A DNA stretch of 64,000 bases from Vicugna vicugna. Lineage: Eukaryota. Of the stretch, positions 61,231-64,000 are shown piece by piece. The notes under the pieces are model-generated. The model saw nothing but the letters and a program-made list of their open reading frames with translations. It was not told where the DNA came from and did no database searches. The position numbers and the translations under genes are program-made. The DNA is taken from contig MU058687.1 in assembly GCA_013265495.1 (NCBI GenBank), forward strand, positions 3,412,001 to 3,476,000, written 5' to 3'. Within the stretch, counting starts at the first letter, position 1, and each line of letters begins with the position of its first letter.

Positions 61231-64000
61231 CTTTGCTAGTCATGGGTATTTGAGCTCATACCACCAGACAGCATTATTTTCACTTGTCTGTGACCTTATA
61301 TCTGACTAAACTGTCTAAACTGTAAGATCCTTGATGGCAGGGATTATGACTATGCCTTGTTTGCTGACCTTACTGCCATTACCACTACACAGACCCATAG
61401 CTCCCAGTATTGGATGAGGCAGGTCATAAATTTTGAACAAACCCTTGCTGAACTCATGACATGCCCATGGCCCTTCACTAAAGGCTTGTCATAACCTGAT
61501 TCATGGAAGAGGAGACATGGGGCAGAGGTTGCAGTTTTACCTACTGACCAAAACATACCCTTGGCTATCACTGCAACCACTTCTTCCCAGGAGCTGACCC
61601 TGATGAGTCTCCATCATTCATTCATTCAATATCCATCCGTTCTTATATTCAAGAAACATTTTCTGAACATTTGTCATATACCAAACATATTGTAAGACTC
61701 AGGAGACTAAGTAAATAAGGCATGGCTCCTGCCCGCAAGGATCTTATTTGTAATTGCCTTTTAATTACCCTGCAGCACATTTCCCAAATCATTGACAAGT
61801 TGCTGTTAGAACTGTTGACCTCCTCTCTGGATGGTTTGTCACTGGGGCTCAAGCATTGTCCAAGGGGGAACATCAGGCCCCATTCTAGTCTTCATCAGCC
61901 AACTTAGCCCCACTTCCACCAACAGGGCTGCTGCAATGCACAATTCATGGGACAACATTCATATAAATGAATGAAGTTCTCAGAAGTTGAGCAATGCACA
62001 GCCTGTACAACTGTACATGGCAGCCTTGATAACTTAAACAAGACCCGTTAATCACAGCCCTTCACATTCACAGTCACATTTGTGAAGCACTTTATAGTTT
62101 ATAGGGAATTTCACCTACATTGTGTCAGTTGAACTGAGAAATTCTGTTTTGGTTCCATAACGCATTCTCTCTCCTCTGGCCTTCACCTATGGGATTCTCT
62201 GTTGGTTTCATGAACATCCTGTAGCCCCCTCTCAGATGGTGACAGTCCAACTGAACTGGTGACAATTACCAAACACCAAGTCACATTACCAGCCCCAGGC
62301 TTTCTTCCACCCCACAGTGCTTACCTGGAATTAGCAGTGGTCACAGCTCGGTAGAGGTGACTGTGCTGGTGATTACGAACGCACTTCTTGTTTGTCGTTT
62401 CAGCCCTGAAATCCTGTCAGTGAGGAGAAGCGATAATAACATGTTATTAAGTTCTTTCTGGGTAATGTTATTCAGGAGTCAGGAGGCAGTTTGGTCATTT
62501 ATGTCTTTGAAAAGCTTAGAATAATTTTCAGTGTCATTATCCCCCATTTTAAAGAGCCAGGCTCTAATATATAAATATATATCTGGCCACTCCTGTGAGT
62601 ATATATAGATACCTATGGACTCTGAGATGTGCACATGTAAATGTGTGTCCAGGCATGCACATATAAGCACAGTATGTGGGCAGGTGTGTGTAGAAATCAA
62701 CACAAACATCAGGTTATTTACAGATTTATGTATATGCATTAAAAACTCCTCCTTTTTAGGATTGTGGCTTCTACATTCCAGGTTGTCAGGCATTAAATTT
62801 TATTCCCAGCCTCTCCCTTGACATATTGCAGAGTTTCCATTTTTGCTCATCATCATAATAACAAAAGGAAGAACTCTGTTTATAAACACACCTCCAAGGT
62901 GTGCAGTGCCAACATATGGGGACAGCACTTCAGTTGTCCAGTCCTCTCTGTAACTCCCCTTTTCCAAGTGGTAATTCCCAGCAACCTTCTTAGCGGTTTT
63001 GATTCCATCAGAAAAAGTCTGTCTACCTGGCACCAATTATTTGTTAATTTTCCCCTAACATCTCGTACCCAGTGTTACAGGAAAGGTGCGTCTCTGGTAT
63101 GTGCTAATCTTCCTTGTTAATGGAGCTGGTGTTTGTTTATGGACTGTGGAATTTCCTAACTGGAAGGAACTTGTCAGATTACATGAGTTGTCTCCCTCTT
63201 TGCAGAGTAGGGAAGGGGATGGTCAGAGTGTGTAGTAACTAATCCAGTTCCTGAGAGTTAGCGGCAAAGCCAGGATGAGAACCCATGCCTCCCGGTCCTC
63301 TAGCCAGAGCTCTTTCGGTAACGCATTTCAGCCCCCATGGAAGGCCACTTTGCCTCACTCCAGATGGGCTCTTCCCATATTTCTTGGTGAGCACAGAGAT
63401 GGGGACTGGAGACAGCACCCTCCATAACCTTGGTGCAGTCCTCATCAGCTCTTATCAAGGCAGTCACAGTGCAGTAGGAAAAACTTGAAGGCTAGAGCCC
63501 AGCTTCTAACTGCAGCTTTGCCCAGTGACCCTGGCCAAGTGCTCTTTTAGTTGCCTGTAAATTAGAAATAGTAATAGTATTGAACTCTAGGGTTGTTGTA
63601 AATGAATGCATAGAAGGTGCCTGACGTGTTTTATATGTTGGCTATTACTGTTAACCCTCACCTGCCTTACAGCGTTTCATCTTTCTCTCACTAAACTCTT
63701 CATCTTCTGTTTAGACACTTAACTTTTAAAAAATTGAAATATAGTTGACTAGACATTTAACTCTTAACAAGGCATATGACTTAGTATTTTCCATCCACAG
63801 CTTTACCTCTTTCCTTCAAGTTAATTTCACCCACTCCCATTGCTCCCCAAATTTGCATCTCCTGATCCCATTTACATGAAAGTCCCACAGGTCTTATATT
63901 AGCTTCATTCATTCATTTATTCATATAGATATTTACTGAGTGCCTATTATGTGCCAAACACTGTTCTAGGTGCTAGGGATTTAGCAACAATTAAAACAGC

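Noticed and set aside
40580..64000. A second protein-coding gene (e.g. NRXN3 exons) downstream of ADCK1
   Set aside because: I found no exon with a recognisable peptide and splice sites. Non-coding exons cannot be excluded by eye.

Overview
Mammalian genomic DNA, most likely a camelid (inferred from a tRNA-Ala-derived vic-1-like SINE at ~28.2 kb). The + strand carries the last seven coding exons of ADCK1, an aarF/UbiB-family atypical kinase: 2300-2458, 13316-13474, 20456-20572, 32737-32886, 34110-34307, 38296-38489 and 39834-40005. All six introns are GT-AG, and the exons join into 382 codons plus TGA. A 3' UTR follows, with AATAAA at 40549. The 5' part of the gene lies upstream of the window. 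After an 87-N gap (41041-41127) the sequence looks intergenic and repeat-rich (MIR, L2, L1, MLT1, MER5A, MER20, MER21). Repeat family names come from recalled consensus motifs, not a database search, and their boundaries are approximate. Most interesting observations: (1) a 3.28-kb TSD-flanked L1-derived element with 5'UTR, ORF1 and 3' end but no ORF2 (half-L1-like), which splits a MIR; (2) a polyadenylated ERV 3' fragment (PPT-U3-R-tail, no U5) with a 14-bp TSD, i.e. an ERV RNA retroposed by L1; (3) the ADCK1 poly(A) signal lies in a perfect 12-bp stem whose partner arm overlaps a G-quadruplex-capable G-tract array; (4) a 41-bp inverted duplication 1.46 kb apart; (5) a series of extremely 5'-truncated L1 insertions with clear TSDs.
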